Below, one piece after another: positions 48,406 to 62,598 of a stretch of 64,000 nucleotides of DNA. Location: contig CM059434.1 of assembly GCA_030390025.1 (NCBI GenBank), forward strand, positions 111,166,001 to 111,230,000, read 5' to 3'. Below the pieces are notes generated by a model. That model saw nothing but the letters and a program-made list of their open reading frames with translations, was not told where the DNA came from and made no database searches. The DNA comes from Squalus acanthias (Eukaryota). The translations under genes and the position numbers were made by a program. How positions within the stretch are numbered: position 1 is the first letter of the stretch; every line of letters starts with the position of its first letter.

Positions 48406-49681
48406 CTCTATTACCAATCACTGTATTAAAATTCAGAAACATGTATATTTTCCCTGGCTCCCTAACCTTTTCACTTTGCAACAATTTATGTGAAAAAAAC
48501 CTGCTAGCATTAGCAAATTGCCAATGATCTTAACTCGCCGGCACGGCTGTTACCATCGCTATTATTTGCAATGGTGTGTGAACACAGTAGACAATTTCAT
48601 TGCTCAGTGTCACTTAATAACTAACATGAATAGTGTGAATATAAAGTGAAGGAGCATTAATATTCCAGGTATGGTGGGAAAGTGATACTTCAGAAGTGTA
48701 AGCAACATGGTTTGAGATTAATGTAAATGCTGGCAATCTCTCTGCTATTCTTCATTTATTATGCATTTGCCCACACTAGAATGACAGAGCACTTTCAGAC
48801 GTTTAGATTTTCACACTAACATATTGGGACTTGTTCCGCAACAGTAACCTGGGTGAGGCAGCAGGAAGAAAGTATAGGAGTACAGTGTTCTCACACTTAT
48901 GTTGCCAAGCTAAAGCTACCAAATTAGATCTGAATGAAATTTTGCCAATAACTGGGCTGATGATTCAGACAACAGGTTCCACTGTAGAAATTGATGAAGA
49001 GTCACTAAACAGATATTGGAAGACGACATATGAAATGAACCACGCGCAATCAACTCAATAACCCTTAATGCAACTTTGCTTAAAACAGATGCAGTTAAAC
49101 ACCATCGATGCAAAGTTGTGAGAGGTAATCAGAGATTATTCCTCGTATTAAGACGTCAGCTCTTCCATCGACTATGCTAATGAAATAATACCTCATAACA
49201 GAACTTCGGTGACAGTCATTATACACAGAATCTAAAGTTGCATAAATCTTGTCTAGCTAACAATACTACCATGAGAATGGGGTGAAAATGTACCCTGCAG
49301 TCTGTGGGTTGCAGGACGCGTTAATGCCAATACCATGTAATGTTTAAACAGCGTGAAACAAGTATTGTCACATCCTGCTAATCTTCATGGTTTGCAAAAG
49401 GTCACTGTCTGTATGCAGCTTTTGTATTATAAATCTGCATTCTGTCACCCAATTTCATTATTCTCCTTAGTTTTGGGCTCCTTTGCCTTTCAAAATATTC
49501 CCCTGGCTGAGAGGTAAACCAGGTGAGCTTTGGTAATTCCAGTTTGTAACCAGCTGTTAAGATTTCTGAGGGGTCGCAGAACAACTCACTTCATAACTCT
49601 CTTCCTTATTTTGTCTGGGTAAATGCTATAATGCTGCCCCATTATTAGGTCAGACTTTTGAAAACTGCAGCAATCCAACTT

Positions 49682-50348
49682 GAGCTGGGATGTCAACTTT
49701 CGTTTCACGTGCAGAACAGGTGGGGTGGACGGGGCGCCTGCTCCACCCGCCCGATAACTGTGGCAGGAGGCCTGATCGATTTTAGTAATTGGGTCTCATT
49801 TAAATATAATCAGCGAAATGCCAGCACTGAACGAGCGCTGATAGGCAGCTTGCCAATGGGAGGGGGGGGGGGGGGGGGGGGGAGGAAATCTAGCGTCACC
49901 TCTGTGGAGCCGAGCCAATCGTGGTAAATAAAGGCAGGAGGAGGTGACCAGCTATGGAGGGTTGGGCATCAGGGCAGGGGATTCAATCTTTGTGGGGCCA
50001 GTAGGAGCATTCTCACCTGTGAAGTTTTTTGGAATAGCCTCCTTTAAAGGGACCGCTGGTTAAACCGCTCAATGCCAAGTACCAATGAGTGGGGCAGCAT
50101 GGCACACGCTGCGTCCACTGGAACTTCAAAATTGCATTGGGTTCCTATTGGCATCATAGAACCCCGATTTACAGAGACTAATAAGGTGCCCGCCTGTTTC
50201 CAGTAGGCACCTGGTTGCCCATTTCAAGACCACCACCAAAATGGTGCAGCTGAAGCAGCAGCAGCAACAAGGCAGTAAGGACTTCGTCATGTTTTTCATC
50301 GCGCTCCCACTCTGTTCCCGCCCGGCAGTGAAGATGAATATCAGCCCC
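49682..50348. mobile_element. Decayed GC-rich MITE (Harbinger-like) with a poly-G run
   Basis: Right end GAATATCAGCCC, left end GAGCTGGGATGTC; internal short inverted repeats; G run 49862-49882. Confidence 0.5.
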
Positions 50349-51882
50349 TGAATATCCAAGTTAACTTACCACAATTTCAAACAATTTTCTTCTACTTGCT
50401 TTTACTTTTCTTTTTGAAATTCTCAAAAAACTTGAATATATCCCAGGGGTTCAAGCACACTTGTGAGGCGAATCCTGGAGTAAGGGCTTGAGTTGTAACT
50501 TGGCTCTAATCCAATCCCTAAGTGCTGTAAACCAAATTGTGCAGCATTTTGCAGTCTCAGAATGGGACCTTTTAGTTACTTAAGGGTATTCAATGGCCCC
50601 TGTGCTTGATTCCACTCTCTTGTTTGAGGAAGAACACTAGTCAAATCTTTATAACAGTATTGCATATTTCCACAAAACGCCCCAACAGACGTCTTGGTAT
50701 AATTTATGCTCCATTGCAACTCTGCATATTAAAGAAGAGGCACTTTGCACCTGCGACTAGAGACTGGCAAATGTTCTGAAAAATTACAACAAACAAATGA
50801 GATTGTTTAAGCTACAATTCAGCAACAAGTACTTTTTAATAATCATAAACAATCTAAACTGCTGAGCTTTTCACTCAATGTTGAAGAAAAATGAACAAAA
50901 CTCCATTTAGTTATAGTGGTAAATAGTTGAGCCCAACACATATATAACAAATAGAGCCAATCAGCTCCAGTTGTACAAGACAAGGCCAAATTTTAACAGG
51001 GCTTCAGAAAAATAAACTGCATACCAAATACAGATAGAGTATGGACAAAAATATTTTACCTGAAATTAGTTAAGAAAAATATAAAGTACAAGTAAAATTG
51101 TTAATGGTAAATATACTCAACAAATCTGAAATCTCTATAAAGATTCTCCACAAAGTCCAAGTTTCATACTGTTTTCATACCTGGGAAGACTCTTCTATCT
51201 TCACTCACACAAAAAAACAAGCTTGTTATCTGATCAATGATTCTTCTCTTACCTCTAGCTTTTAACCTTGCTCTATCATAATCTTTCTTTTCTCTTTATT
51301 TCAGTTAACACTAGCATGGTCACTGCACCTCCAAACTTCCCTCTATTGGCGCTCCTAAGTTCCAAACAAACTGCTCTGCCTTCTCCCCGCATTTCTGTTG
51401 AAACTTAATTCTTCATCTGGACCTCAAATCTGTTGAAGTCATCACCCCGGGTCTTTCCTTCCTCCCAAAGACTGCAGACATTTAAAATCCAAACTTAGTG
51501 TCACCTAACCACTGCTTGCTGATTTAGCTGGCCTTCTCTTCTACTTGTTAGCCAACACTGTTGGTGTCTGCACCATGGGCCTTGGTGTATCCCCATGGTT
51601 TCTCAATAATAATTTTTAAAAATGTAGACTGCAAAACTGTACAACTGTGATCTTATAAAAATAATCTCCACACAAACCTGGAAGCTCTGAAACCTTTTTT
51701 CTCCAATATTGAAGTGGCACAGAAGCATCCTCTTATTATGCAGTTTAATTTTAATTTTCACATTTAAAAAAAAAGCTTCAGCCACTCAGTTCATGTTTAA
51801 TTCTGGGTGACAGGGATGATGGAGCGGTCAGAGGGATATTTGCCTCTCACAGCTAAAAGAGATTGCATGACGATTATTGGAT

Positions 51883-52506
51883 TAGTCATAGTCATAACGG
51901 CACAAAAGGAGTCCATTCGGCCCATCGAGTCCGTGCCGGCACTCTGCAGAGCAATCCAGTCAGTCCCATTCCACTGCTCTATCCCCGTAGCCCTGCAAGT
52001 TTATTTCCCTCAAGTGCCTCTCCAGTCTCCCCTTGAAAACATTGAGTGTCTCCGCTTCCACCACTTCTGTCGACAGCGAGTTCCAGGTCCTCACCACTCG
52101 CTGCGTAAAAAGGTTTTTCCTCACATCCCCCCTGTATCTCTTGCCCAAAACCTTAAATCTGTGTCCCCTAGTCCTTGTACCATGAACTAGTGGGAACAGC
52201 CTTTCTCTGTCTAGCCTATCCAAACCCGTCATAATCTTGTACACCTCTATCAAAGTACCCCTCAACTTCCTTTACTCTAATGAAAACAAATCCAGCTTCT
52301 CCAACCTGTCCTTGTAGCTAAGATCCCCCATCCCCGGAACCATTCTGGTAAATCTCCTCTGCCCCTTCTCAAGGGCCTTCACATCCTTCCTAAAGTGTGG
52401 TGACCAGAACTGGACGCAATACTCCAGTTGTGGCCTAACCAGTGCTTTATAAAGATTCAGCATAACTTCTCTGCTTTTGTACTCAATACCTCTATTTATG
52501 AAGCCC
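51883..52506 (-). mobile_element. 5'-truncated CR1 LINE
   Basis: GFINRGIEYKSREVMLNLYKALVRPQLEYCVQFWSPHFRKD... and RGTLIEVYKIMTGLDRLDRERLFPL...FTQRVVRTWNSL; (TATGAC)n tail. Confidence 0.93.
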
Positions 52507-52721
52507 ATTTATGATTATGGAGGGAAATAAAGGAGAAAATCAGGAATAAAAGTAAAAAGCTCTACATTAATGTTAGGCTCCACAATTAACTAACAAAATA
52601 ATAAGGTTGTTACAATAATAATGATTTGTATTATTTACCCGAGGATTGCATAGCACTTCCTGTAACTTTGTCGCAAAATTTTAATTGCTTCTTTCAGTCT
52701 CTTAAAGAATAGACTATATTA

Positions 52722-53154
52722 GGTGTCAGCCTTGGCTCAGTAGTAGCACTGTCAGAAGGTTGCAGGTTCAAGCCCCATTCTTGAGCACAATCTCAGCTGA
52801 CACTTCAGTGCAATACTGAAGAAGTGCTGCACTGTTGCAGGTGCCATCTTTCAGATGAGATGTTAAACCGAGGTCCCATCTGCTCTCTCGTGGACATAAA
52901 TGATCCCATGACACTTCAGAGAAGAGCAGATGAGTTCTCCCAGTGTCCTGGCCAACACTTATCCTTCAACCAACATCCCTAAAATAGTTTATTTGGTCAT
53001 TTATCAAATTGCTGTGTGTGGGACCTTGCTATGCGCAAAGTGACTGCCACATTACTATAGTGACTACACTTCAAAAGTACTTCATTGGCAGTGAAGCGCT
53101 TTGGGACGTCCTGAGGATGTGAAAGGTGCTATATAATTACAAGTTCTTTCTTTC
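52722..53154 (+). mobile_element. SacSINE1-like SINE, near full length
   Basis: A box TGGCTCAGTAGT, B box GGTTCAAGCCC, Deu core TTTCAGATGAGATGTTAAACCGAGG..GATCCCATG, L2-type tail. Confidence 0.88.
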
Positions 53155-53224
53155 GGTTTTACAACAAATTCACCAACTGGCAGGAAATTGGCGCTCCTTT
53201 GCGACTCAAAAGTGTACCTGTGCT

Positions 53225-53745
53225 GATGGACTGCTTGGGGCTGAACAGGATGACGAGATTTTGAAGAATCTGTTTTAGCTTGTTAGAGTGATCGGGGAGA
53301 GAGATGGAGTCAGTGGCAAGGGTACGGAGTTCGTAGCAAGGGCCAAAGATGATGGCTTTGGTCTGCCCAACTGTTAGCTGGAGGAAGTTACGGCTCATTC
53401 AAAGCTGGATGTCAAACATGCAGTCTGATAGTTCAGAGGCAGTGGAGGGTTTAAGAGACGCAATGGAGAGGTAGAGCTGGGTGTCATCAGCGCACATTTG
53501 GGAGCTGACCTTATAGCTTTGGACGATGTCACCAAGGACTTGCTTGTAGATGAGGAAGCGGAGAGGGCTAAGGAGAGACCCTTGGGAGACTCCAGATGTG
53601 ACCGTGGGGAGGTTGGAAGAGAAGCCATTGTTAAAGATGTTCTGGCTATGATCAGATAGGTAAGACTGGTACCAAGCAAGGGCAGTCCCATTAAGTTGGA
53701 CAATGGAGGAGAATGGTGCAAAGAGGTCGAAGAGGACAGTCACAG
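53225..53745 (-). mobile_element. L2 LINE RT fragment
   Basis: GTALAWYQSYLSDHSQ...VTSGVSQGSLLSPLRFLIY...CADDTQLYLS (YADD-type RT motif). Confidence 0.88.
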
Positions 53746-54574
53746 TAGTATACTGTTGCCAACAGAGAGAGTTCATATTCAATGCTTATAAAACAAATGA
53801 ATATCTTAGACTGCAATATTTTTTTATTAAACATTGCCGTTCCATACTTAACAATGCAAATTAATTACTTTGGGATCACACTGTTACTCATGAAACTAAA
53901 AATAAAACATTATTCAAAAAGAGTAACAGACAAAATGGAATTTATTGCCTCCCCACTGGAATGTTATATATAAAATCAACATTTCACAATTTTTTTTGAT
54001 TATTGGATTCTGTGTCGATGTCACCATAGTGCAGATCTTGCATACTTTGTCTAACAAATGCAATAAGTTCCAGGTTAATAGATTCAGGATATGTTCTAGA
54101 ATACCAGCAGCATTCAATCAGCTGAACAATATTAAACATTGCTGATTTTTTTATTAAGTGAAATTGCCCCAGGCGGTTTCTGCCAAAAGCTAATAAAACT
54201 CTTCACAGAAAAATTGTTCTCAACACACTAATCATATCAGGATCCTGCAATAAGTACTGTAAATCTCATCGATTTGATGAAACTCAAATTTTTGTATGTC
54301 TTTAATAAATATAATTTGTTGAAATCATAAAGGTTAATTATTCTTGAGGGAGTTTAGCTTATTGGAATGCTTAAATAATAAAATGAATGAGTTATGTCAA
54401 GAACAAATTAAAATCAGTCCAGGTTATTTCTAATTTAGATATGGTTATGCTGGGCCCTTGTAATTAAGATAGATAGAGTGCTAATGAATTACTCGGATGT
54501 CAGATTATATAGGGGCCTTATAACTGGGCAGAAATAGGTCACAAAAGGGTGATTGAAGACACTTTGGCTGTCCC

Positions 54575-54675
54575 TGTGTCCCCTTTATCCCCAAAAGTTT
54601 TGAAAATCAAATCTACCGTCACTTTTCTACAGTGGATTTGAATTTCAAAACTTTTGGGGGACCAAAAGGGACACA
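54575..54675. repeat. Long hairpin (31-bp stem, 28/31 paired, 9-nt loop, plus outer TGTGTCCC/GGGACACA)
   Basis: 54589-54619 CCCCAAAAGTTTTGAAAATCAAATCTACCGT versus 54629-54659 ACAGTGGATTTGAATTTCAAAACTTTTGGGG. Confidence 0.85.
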
Positions 54676-56164
54676 ATTACAACATTTATGTCTGTTGTGA
54701 ATTTCTGGATCAATCCAAACCTGCACAGTTTCAGAGCACATGAAAACTTTTGTTAACTTCTGCATCCTTGCAAATGAACACAAAGAACTATGAATTTCAG
54801 ACCATTCATTTCATTAATACCAGGAGGCAAAGTGGACGTTCAGGCATGTTAACCTAGAAATGTAACATTTTGTAAATTTCAAAGTAGTATGGATGACTAA
54901 TGGTATAGTAGGCTGATATACCAGCTTGCTGAGTCACAGTACCTCGGCTGCCCGTGCACCTCTGGGTAACTGCTTGCAGAATGGCTTTGGCAGAGGCCTT
55001 GAGCTTCCTGTCCTGTCAGTCAGGGGATAGGCACAGAGGAGAGGAGCTGGGCAAACCTTTTTAATGCCAATATTATAAAACACAGTTATTTGGACGCAAT
55101 AAGATAAGCAGACTTTAAAAAATGAACTACAACCTGTTAAAAATCAAGTAAATACATGATGACATTTGCTATGGTTAAGAAAAAAAGCTGTCAGACGGGA
55201 AATATCACAGAGCAGAGGATCATCAAGAGTGTTGAAAACTGCTATTTTTATCTGCATCTTTCTCCTCTGCTTAAGGGCTCACACCCCAAATGCTTCAGAT
55301 ATGATGCAACACAAGGCTCATTTGTGGAAGTAAGTTTTAAAAAGGGCCTTGATTTTGCAGCCTGGTAATATTGAGACCTCCATCAACAGCCCACATGGAT
55401 ATTTAATAAAGAGATGATTGAATTTTTAACTAATTCTAACTCAAAGGCATCCTTTTCATAAAGTCACAGGATTAACCACAAACCAAGATGAGTGGTAAAA
55501 TAGATTAAGACAGTGAGTTGTACTCTCTCTCTAACAACTAGAGGCTCAGTCCATTCCAGAAATGGAATGAGCAAATTTCTAAATAAAAGGCATACTTATT
55601 TATTTATGGATGTAGCCTTGTAAAATATTGTGAAATGTATCTCTTTGTCATGACTAAAAGGTTCTGATGACGTTATGGATTACGAGAATAAAGCTGGAGT
55701 GGTTTAAATGCCAACTAGATTGCATTACATTCTCCGAGCTACCTTTTATTTCTAATAAAATATACTGCAATTGGTGAGCTATTCCCTTTCAATGACATCG
55801 GGTTTATACCCTACATTATTGTAGTAAAAACACTATTTAGACACCGGGGGGTAATATTCACCATCACCGCTTGGGTGGTAAACTCGCCCGTTATAGAACC
55901 CACCCAATTTATATTTCCAATGAATTCATACGTGACAGGAAGAAGTTATTTTACAACAAAATAAAATGGCTGTACTTATTACATGACAGGAAGTGATGTT
56001 CCAGCAGGATGGGCAGGTCCTCAATATATATTATATATGTACCCTTCCCCCGAACAGGTCATGTGATAATTTTACTTTTTAAATGTTTATAATAATATAC
56101 ATTTATACAGTGATCCTCATGCGGGTGAAAGTCTGAGTATTTTACTGGGGGGGGGGGGGGAGAA

Positions 56165-57590
56165 GTGGACAATGAACAAGAAGGAATTTAACAAGGGAAG
56201 AGAAAAAGAAACACAAGGCACGGTTAATGGCTGTTGAAGGCTATTATAGCAAGATAAAATGGCTTTGGAAGAGAATTCTTGAACGTATGCATAAGCGCTG
56301 TAAGATCGGTGTCCAAAGGTGGGGAACAGAGTTGGGGATGTAGGATAGAGAAAATTTCCCAGATAGACTGGAGTTAGGCCATGGAAGGCTTTAAACAAGG
56401 ATTAGGACCTTGAAATCAATTTGCTCGGGCACAGAGAATCAGTGGAGTTTGGCAAAGGATGAGGAGGAGGGCGGGGGAAACATAAGTTTGCAAGATTTTG
56501 AGTAGCAGAGGACTGGCCGCAGAGTTCTGGATTAGCTGAACTTTGTGAAGGCAGGGATGGGGAGGCTGGTAAGAGAAAAAAGAAAGAACTTCCAATGATA
56601 TAGCTCCTTTCACAACCTCATGATGTCCCAAAGCGCTTTACAACCAATGAGGTACTCTGAAGTGTAGTCACTGTTGTAATGCAGGAAGCACGGCACCCAA
56701 GTTGCACACAGCAAGGTCCACAAACAACAAGCGAATAAATGACCAGATCATCTGTTTTAGGTGTTGGTTGAGGGATAAATATTGTTCAGGATACCGGGTT
56801 AACTCCCCTGCTCTTCTTCAAATATTGCCGTGGAATCTTTTACGTCCATGGGCCTCGGTTTAACATCTCATCTGAAAGACGGTACCTCAGACAGTGCAGC
56901 ACTCCCTCAGTACTGCATTGAAGTGTAAGCCTAGATTATGTGATCAAGTCTTTGGAGTGGGGCTTGATTTAGAGGCAAGAGTGTTACCACTGAGCCAAGG
57001 CTGACATCTTGAATTTGAGAAATTAATGCTTGATGTGATAAAGGAGGGTGAGGCTTCAGGAGCTGTTGGTTTAGGGAAGGGCATAATCAGGCAATGTTCA
57101 GGAGGTGAAAGAAGGCAATCTTCGCGCTAGGCTATACTAGATGTGGGGCTTAAACCGGCGTTTGGAATTAAACAAATTGCTGAGACTGTGCACCACTGGG
57201 TTTAGCCTGAGTGAGCAGCCAGGGAGAGTGACAGTCAAAGCCAAAAGTGTTCAAGGTGTGGGCAAAACGCTGAATACGGCTTCGATGTTGTTGACATTAA
57301 GCTGTAGGAAATTTACTCTCATACAGGAGTGTTGGACGGATAATTGAATAGTACAGAAACAGTGCTATTCAATGGTGGTGGCAGGGAGGTACAGGTTAGA
57401 TGTTATTGGCATACATGTGGGAAATGACTGTGCTTGCAGATGTAGTTGCTGTGGGGCAGCACATAGGTGATAAACAGGAGGGGACCAGGGATTTAGCTTT
57501 GGGGCACACCAGAGATGACCATGTGAGTTGGAGATAAAGTGAATGCATAGGGACAAGTAAGAGTGAAACTGAGTGGCGGCAAAGAGGAGG
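56165..57590 (-). mobile_element. Decayed L2 LINE interrupted by a SINE
   Basis: FKAFHGLTPVYL and LHKVQLIQNSAA peptides; RT-like remnants at 57365-57556. Confidence 0.7.
56578..57006 (-). mobile_element. SacSINE1-like SINE, near full length
   Basis: Reverse complement of 52722-53154, ending CCACTGAGCCAAGGCTGACA. Confidence 0.88.
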
Positions 57591-57804
57591 CATGGTAGCT
57601 GGAATTCCTACTTCTTTCACTGTACAAGGAAAATATTCCAACCAAACCCTGGCCACAACTACATCAGTGGTCCCTAAAAACTCCTGATTATGAGCAATTC
57701 TGCTCTTCATATACTCGTTGCACAAGACCAGATGCAATTGCACCAAAGTGTCTCATAAAACCTTTGTCTGCCGGAGATGTGATATATTTCCAAAAGAATT
57801 AAGA

Positions 57805-58022
57805 GGGTAGTTAGAATGTGAAATTCCCTGCCACAAGCTGTTGTTGAAGTAGAGTCCATCTATACTTTTGAAAAGGAATTAGATGCTTGCAAAAGAGGAA
57901 TATTGAAGGGTATGGGGAACAAGCAGGAGAATGAGATTAGACTAGGTGGCTCATTTGGAGGAAAACACCAGCGTAGACTTGGGTTGTACAGCCTGTTTCT
58001 GTGCTGTAACATTCTATAATTC
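57805..58022 (+). mobile_element. CR1 LINE 3' end
   Basis: AGAGGGTAGTTAGAATGTGAAATTCCCTGCCAC...GGGTATGGGGAACAAGCAGGAGAATG...CCTGTTTCTGTGCTGTAACATTCTATAATTCTA. Confidence 0.8.
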
Positions 58023-59739
58023 TAAGTTTCCGTTACTGTGCAACCAGTAGTCTCGTATCTTACAGCTGCACCACAGATCCTCTTGAAGATCAGCAGTTGT
58101 TGGCTTTGTGACCCACTTGCCAGATTTGAAACACCTAACCTCTGTGTCCTTGTTCTTGTGTGTTCTGCTTGGCTGTACCAATACAGGCTCACAGCTGGTT
58201 CAGTAAGTAGCTCACCGGCTGGACGGCTTGGGTATTCAACTTCCCTCCCAGTTGAATGTCTTGCTCTCCCAATCAAGCAATACTCTCAAATCATCTCTAA
58301 CTACTTCCAAAAACCGATCCTTTAACATTAATTGATGTGGTCCCTCATAATCAGTTAATTGTTCCTCATCTAACCACAATTTCTGAATAGCCTCCAGCTC
58401 TATGGCTAATTTGCTACAAGTCCCATATGGAGTTTCTGTAGTTATTTAATTCTTCACCTGCATGTTTCAGGCATTAAACCATAAGGAGTAAGAATAGCAC
58501 GTTTTGTCATTTCATAGTCTGCACTGTCTACTGGATCCACTTGTGAAAATGCGGTGAGCCCTTTATTGCCGATTGATAGTTAAAGCCGGCCTGCACAAAC
58601 CTCTGTATTCCAGTTATGATGGTTCGCCAATAAGTCAAACACCCATACAAATCTATCTACATCACCTCCCTCTTTAAAATGTGGTATGGGCTAGATCAAC
58701 TCTACCCTCACTTACCAGCCTTGCTGATGATATACTTTCCTCCGCCAGCTCAACTGCACATCAGTGCGCCTTCTCCTTTTATCTGCCTCAAATTTGTGCC
58801 GGCATTCTTCTCATCAGCCTTGACTTGAAACAGTCCTTTTTCTCCTCGAGCTTGCACTGTTCCTTTCTCTCAACTTTTTCCTTCGCAGTCTCCAATTACA
58901 ACACTTATAACTGGTAGATCTTTTCCTTGTTTCCCCCCCCCCCCCCCCCCATCTGCAGCCATATGAGATACTTCCAGCTCTCTTTCCAAGTCCTTCTGAT
59001 GCATTGTATTCATTTTTTTTTTAAATACTACCATTTACTACTGTTCAATTAATTTTAAATTAAAACATTTGAATAGCCTTTTAGGTCCCAGTGACACTCA
59101 ATCTCACTGCACTGCCACCACTGGATATTCTCCTTGAGTTCTGTCTCACCACCGCTCCCATAAGTGGACCTCATGTCTCCTATGAATCAAAGTGTGGCTT
59201 TACCTGCCCAATATCTAGATAAATGTAGCAAGACTCAGCAGTCAAACAGAGAACCTTTGTTAGTGTACACTGGTATGTATCATGTGATCTTCTTGACTTT
59301 GGAAGATGAAATAAGATGCACTCTTATCAGACTATAACTTAGGCTAGAAAGCAAAGTTTATTTAACATTAGATAGTTCATTTAACATTATACAAGTAACT
59401 GAATAGTATTTAGTACAAACAGTAATTAGAAACTCTACTATTCCTCTTGAAATACCAAAACACCAAAGACGCTTCTCCTACACAATTCCTCATCATTAAA
59501 ATTGATCTTTGAACTGTTTCTTGCTTCTTACAGGGTGAAATGCTACCATGGAGCCTTTAAACAGCTTGAGGAGGAATTTCTCCCCCTCTTTCTCTCAACT
59601 ATATTAGATGATAGGTTGTCAAATACACAAGGGCCTGTAATTTGCAGTCAGCAGCAAAGCAAAGGCGTTCGCCACTGGCTCGAAGTAAGCTTCCCACAAA
59701 GATCTCACAATCTCTGTGGTGAAAAGTTTGGCTTTTCCG

Positions 59740-60237
59740 ACGCTTAATTGAAATCAGCGTAGTTTAGTGGGAATCCCATAGTGCGAGCTGCTGTGACATC
59801 AACAAGCTGTCTAAGCAGCCAATCAAAATGCAGAATTCTCAGACAGATGAACCAGGAAGTGGGTAAGCTCCTTTGATTCTAAATTTTTAAAAATGTTAGA
59901 GAGAGCAAAACAAAGATTGGGGCTCTCACATGGGGAAAAGTCAAACCTGAAATAAAGATGAACAAACTTTAAAAAAAAATTATTAACTGCGAAAGAGCCG
60001 AAGTTTTCGTCAGTTTCCATGATTTGACAGATTACACTGATTGCCAGCTCTGGGGGGAGGGGGGCGGCGGCACAGTGCAGCCTGTGGAGGAGCAGTGAAT
60101 GACAGACCGCAACTTCAGGATTTTCGAGTTAGGCTGCTCATGCGCTAAATCCTGATCCTGAAGTTGCGGTCAGTTTCAAAGGCGAAATGTCGGCGAACGC
60201 TGCAGTTTGCTGTCATCAGGACCGCAAGGTCCGGGCC
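59740..60237. mobile_element. MITE-like element (partial) with 17-bp internal stem
   Basis: GACCGCAACTTCAGGAT (60105-60121) / ATCCTGAAGTTGCGGTC (60155-60171); CpG-rich; left boundary uncertain. Confidence 0.5.
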
Positions 60238-62598
60238 AAGATGTTTGAATTGAATAGAATGGCTTGGTCCATTGACCTGTGTCAAATAATTTGAATAACC
60301 AGTTGGGTGGATTTCCATCCAAGTACAATGGCAGCAATCCAACCACACAGAGCAAAGCCTTTCTGGGCAATTCATGTCTCTGCCTTTTCCTGAGGTATAA
60401 AATTAACCAGACTGTAATGTATATTCTATGCAATTTGCAGAAATAGATAGCAATAATAGGCCTTAACCTGTGTATTCTGTGACCAACATGAAAGAATCTA
60501 ACAGACAAAAATGCTTCATTGCTGTTATACAGCGATGGAACTGGACCACTTCTGGCCGATTTGGCTGAGTTCCACACTGGGCAATGTGCTTACTAACTGA
60601 ACCAAGAGGGAAAACTTTTAAATTAGGACAGTATTGATACAAATACATCAGGATAAGTGAACAATTGTAGTTGATTTAATTGAGCTGCTTGCTCAAGATC
60701 TATACAAGTTAAATTTAATTTTACTTTGGAAGTGATACCCATCTCCTTTTTTGTATGGGCCCTCTTGGCATCAATTACTGTGCTACTGGCAGTACAGAAA
60801 CATTTCCAAGTACTCCTTCTGCTCCCACTTGCCAGCCAAAAAAAATCAAGGGATATGCTAAAATTAACAATCCACTGAAACATTATTTAAAAAATCTCAA
60901 ACTCCTATGAGAGCAAAATGCTGCAACCAAGTTCCAGGGTTCAGATTCAGGATATAAATGACTGAAGTTTAGCTCCCATGGTTTGCACTGGACTTAAACT
61001 CTGGGATTGGATCGAACTCCCTCCCAGGTGCGTGTTAAAAGTTTTTTCATTATTATGAAAGCTTAGGTAAACCAAGAAAGAATATATTTGACAAGAATAT
61101 CTAGTATAGCATGATTTGTTTTTAAAAGTATAGTAATTGATTATTAAATAAAGGAGGTAAAATATTTTCAATGCCTTCCCTTGTGCAGAATTTGCTTTAC
61201 TTTGTTATCCAGATTTTTTTGCCACTTTATATCTAAAGACACTTATTGAGCACAAATGCAGTCCTCCAATTACACCGAATGTTCTTTGCTATAAAAGTAA
61301 AATGGAAACTTGAAATAAAGCATTGTTCATTGTGCTGCAGCAGCATTTCTGGCATTCCTGTAGGTGTTTTGTCATCAGTTTACAAAAGCCTTGTACTTGA
61401 ACCACTCCACTTTCCTGGAAGTAGCTTTGCATTTTTCTGATAAACTTACTGGGATTGTCATTAATGCAAAGGGACAGGAGACTGAATATTTAGGACTCAT
61501 GAAAAGGACATCAGTTTGGTTCACAGAGACTTCTGGGGTTTGCATTCAATAAAACAGTAAAGTGAACTGACAAGCTTTGCAAATTGCTGAAGATGTGAAC
61601 ATTGATTGAGTCGACAGTCGCTGTGCACGTCAGTATTTTAAAATAAAAGAGAGTTAATGCTGCTCCAGGGTCACCAATCTACTGTTAAGGACTGACTGGA
61701 ATAATGTAATTGATGCATAACTGGCACCAAAACAAACCACCACCAGATAAGAGGCTGGTGACAGTGGGTTGTTAAAAGCAAATTCATGCAGACACTCCGT
61801 TATTTAAAACATATATACAAAATGCAGCAATGTAAAGTTTTTGTTTCAGATTTCCAGTTTTGTTTTCTTTTTATATTTGTATAGCAATGTAAAGACAAGT
61901 TGAAAGCAGTCTGCTTTCTATACAGTGAGTATAAAACTTCTAGTTTTTATTCGGGTGAATGGAAAAGAGTATAGTACCTTCACTAGCCCCATATTACACA
62001 ATCTAACTGAGCTATGATATGTTAACTTTTACAGAGAGGCTGTCGAGAATAATTTTCACTAAAATGAGAACAAAACTGAGGGGGAGATAAAGAGGTAGAG
62101 ACCTAAATATGCCTCGGGCTGCAAATATTTTTGAAGATTTATCAAATTGGACAAGCGGATAGCCTGATGAGCAATAAAAAGTATAATTTCAACCTTAGTT
62201 GAGGTGCTAAATTTAAAGAGGCATTGTATTCATTAAAAAGGTGCTGAGAAAACTATTTCACATAGGGATGGAGAAGAGCCAGAACATGAATTTGCATATT
62301 TTCATCATAATATCATGTATAAGTGATAAGTTTGAAGTGATTGACATCATTTCATTGTTTATAAAGAAAAGCAAATGTTTGCCAACACTCTTGCAGAAGC
62401 ACTGTACTGCTCCTGGAACATAAACAAAGCATGGAAGAAAAAAAGGCATTTTGGTCCATCACGTTCATTTCTTCCACAGACCATGTACAATTCACTATCA
62501 TTGACTCCACCCAACCTATATAATTTCCTGAGCAAAAATTCTACAAAGCTTCGCTCTGTCCCTCACAAAAGGTAAATCCACCAAACTTCCAGAATAAT

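Noticed and set aside
49862-49882. Poly-G / G-quadruplex as a functional element (also 15753-15775, 56147-56160, poly-C 58933-58950)
   Set aside because: Homopolymer runs mostly within or beside repeats, prone to slippage and sequencing error; no further support
55664-55692. Second hammerhead (CTGATGA-CGTTATGGATTACG-AGAA)
   Set aside because: Lacks GAAA after stem II and has no stem I or III pairing
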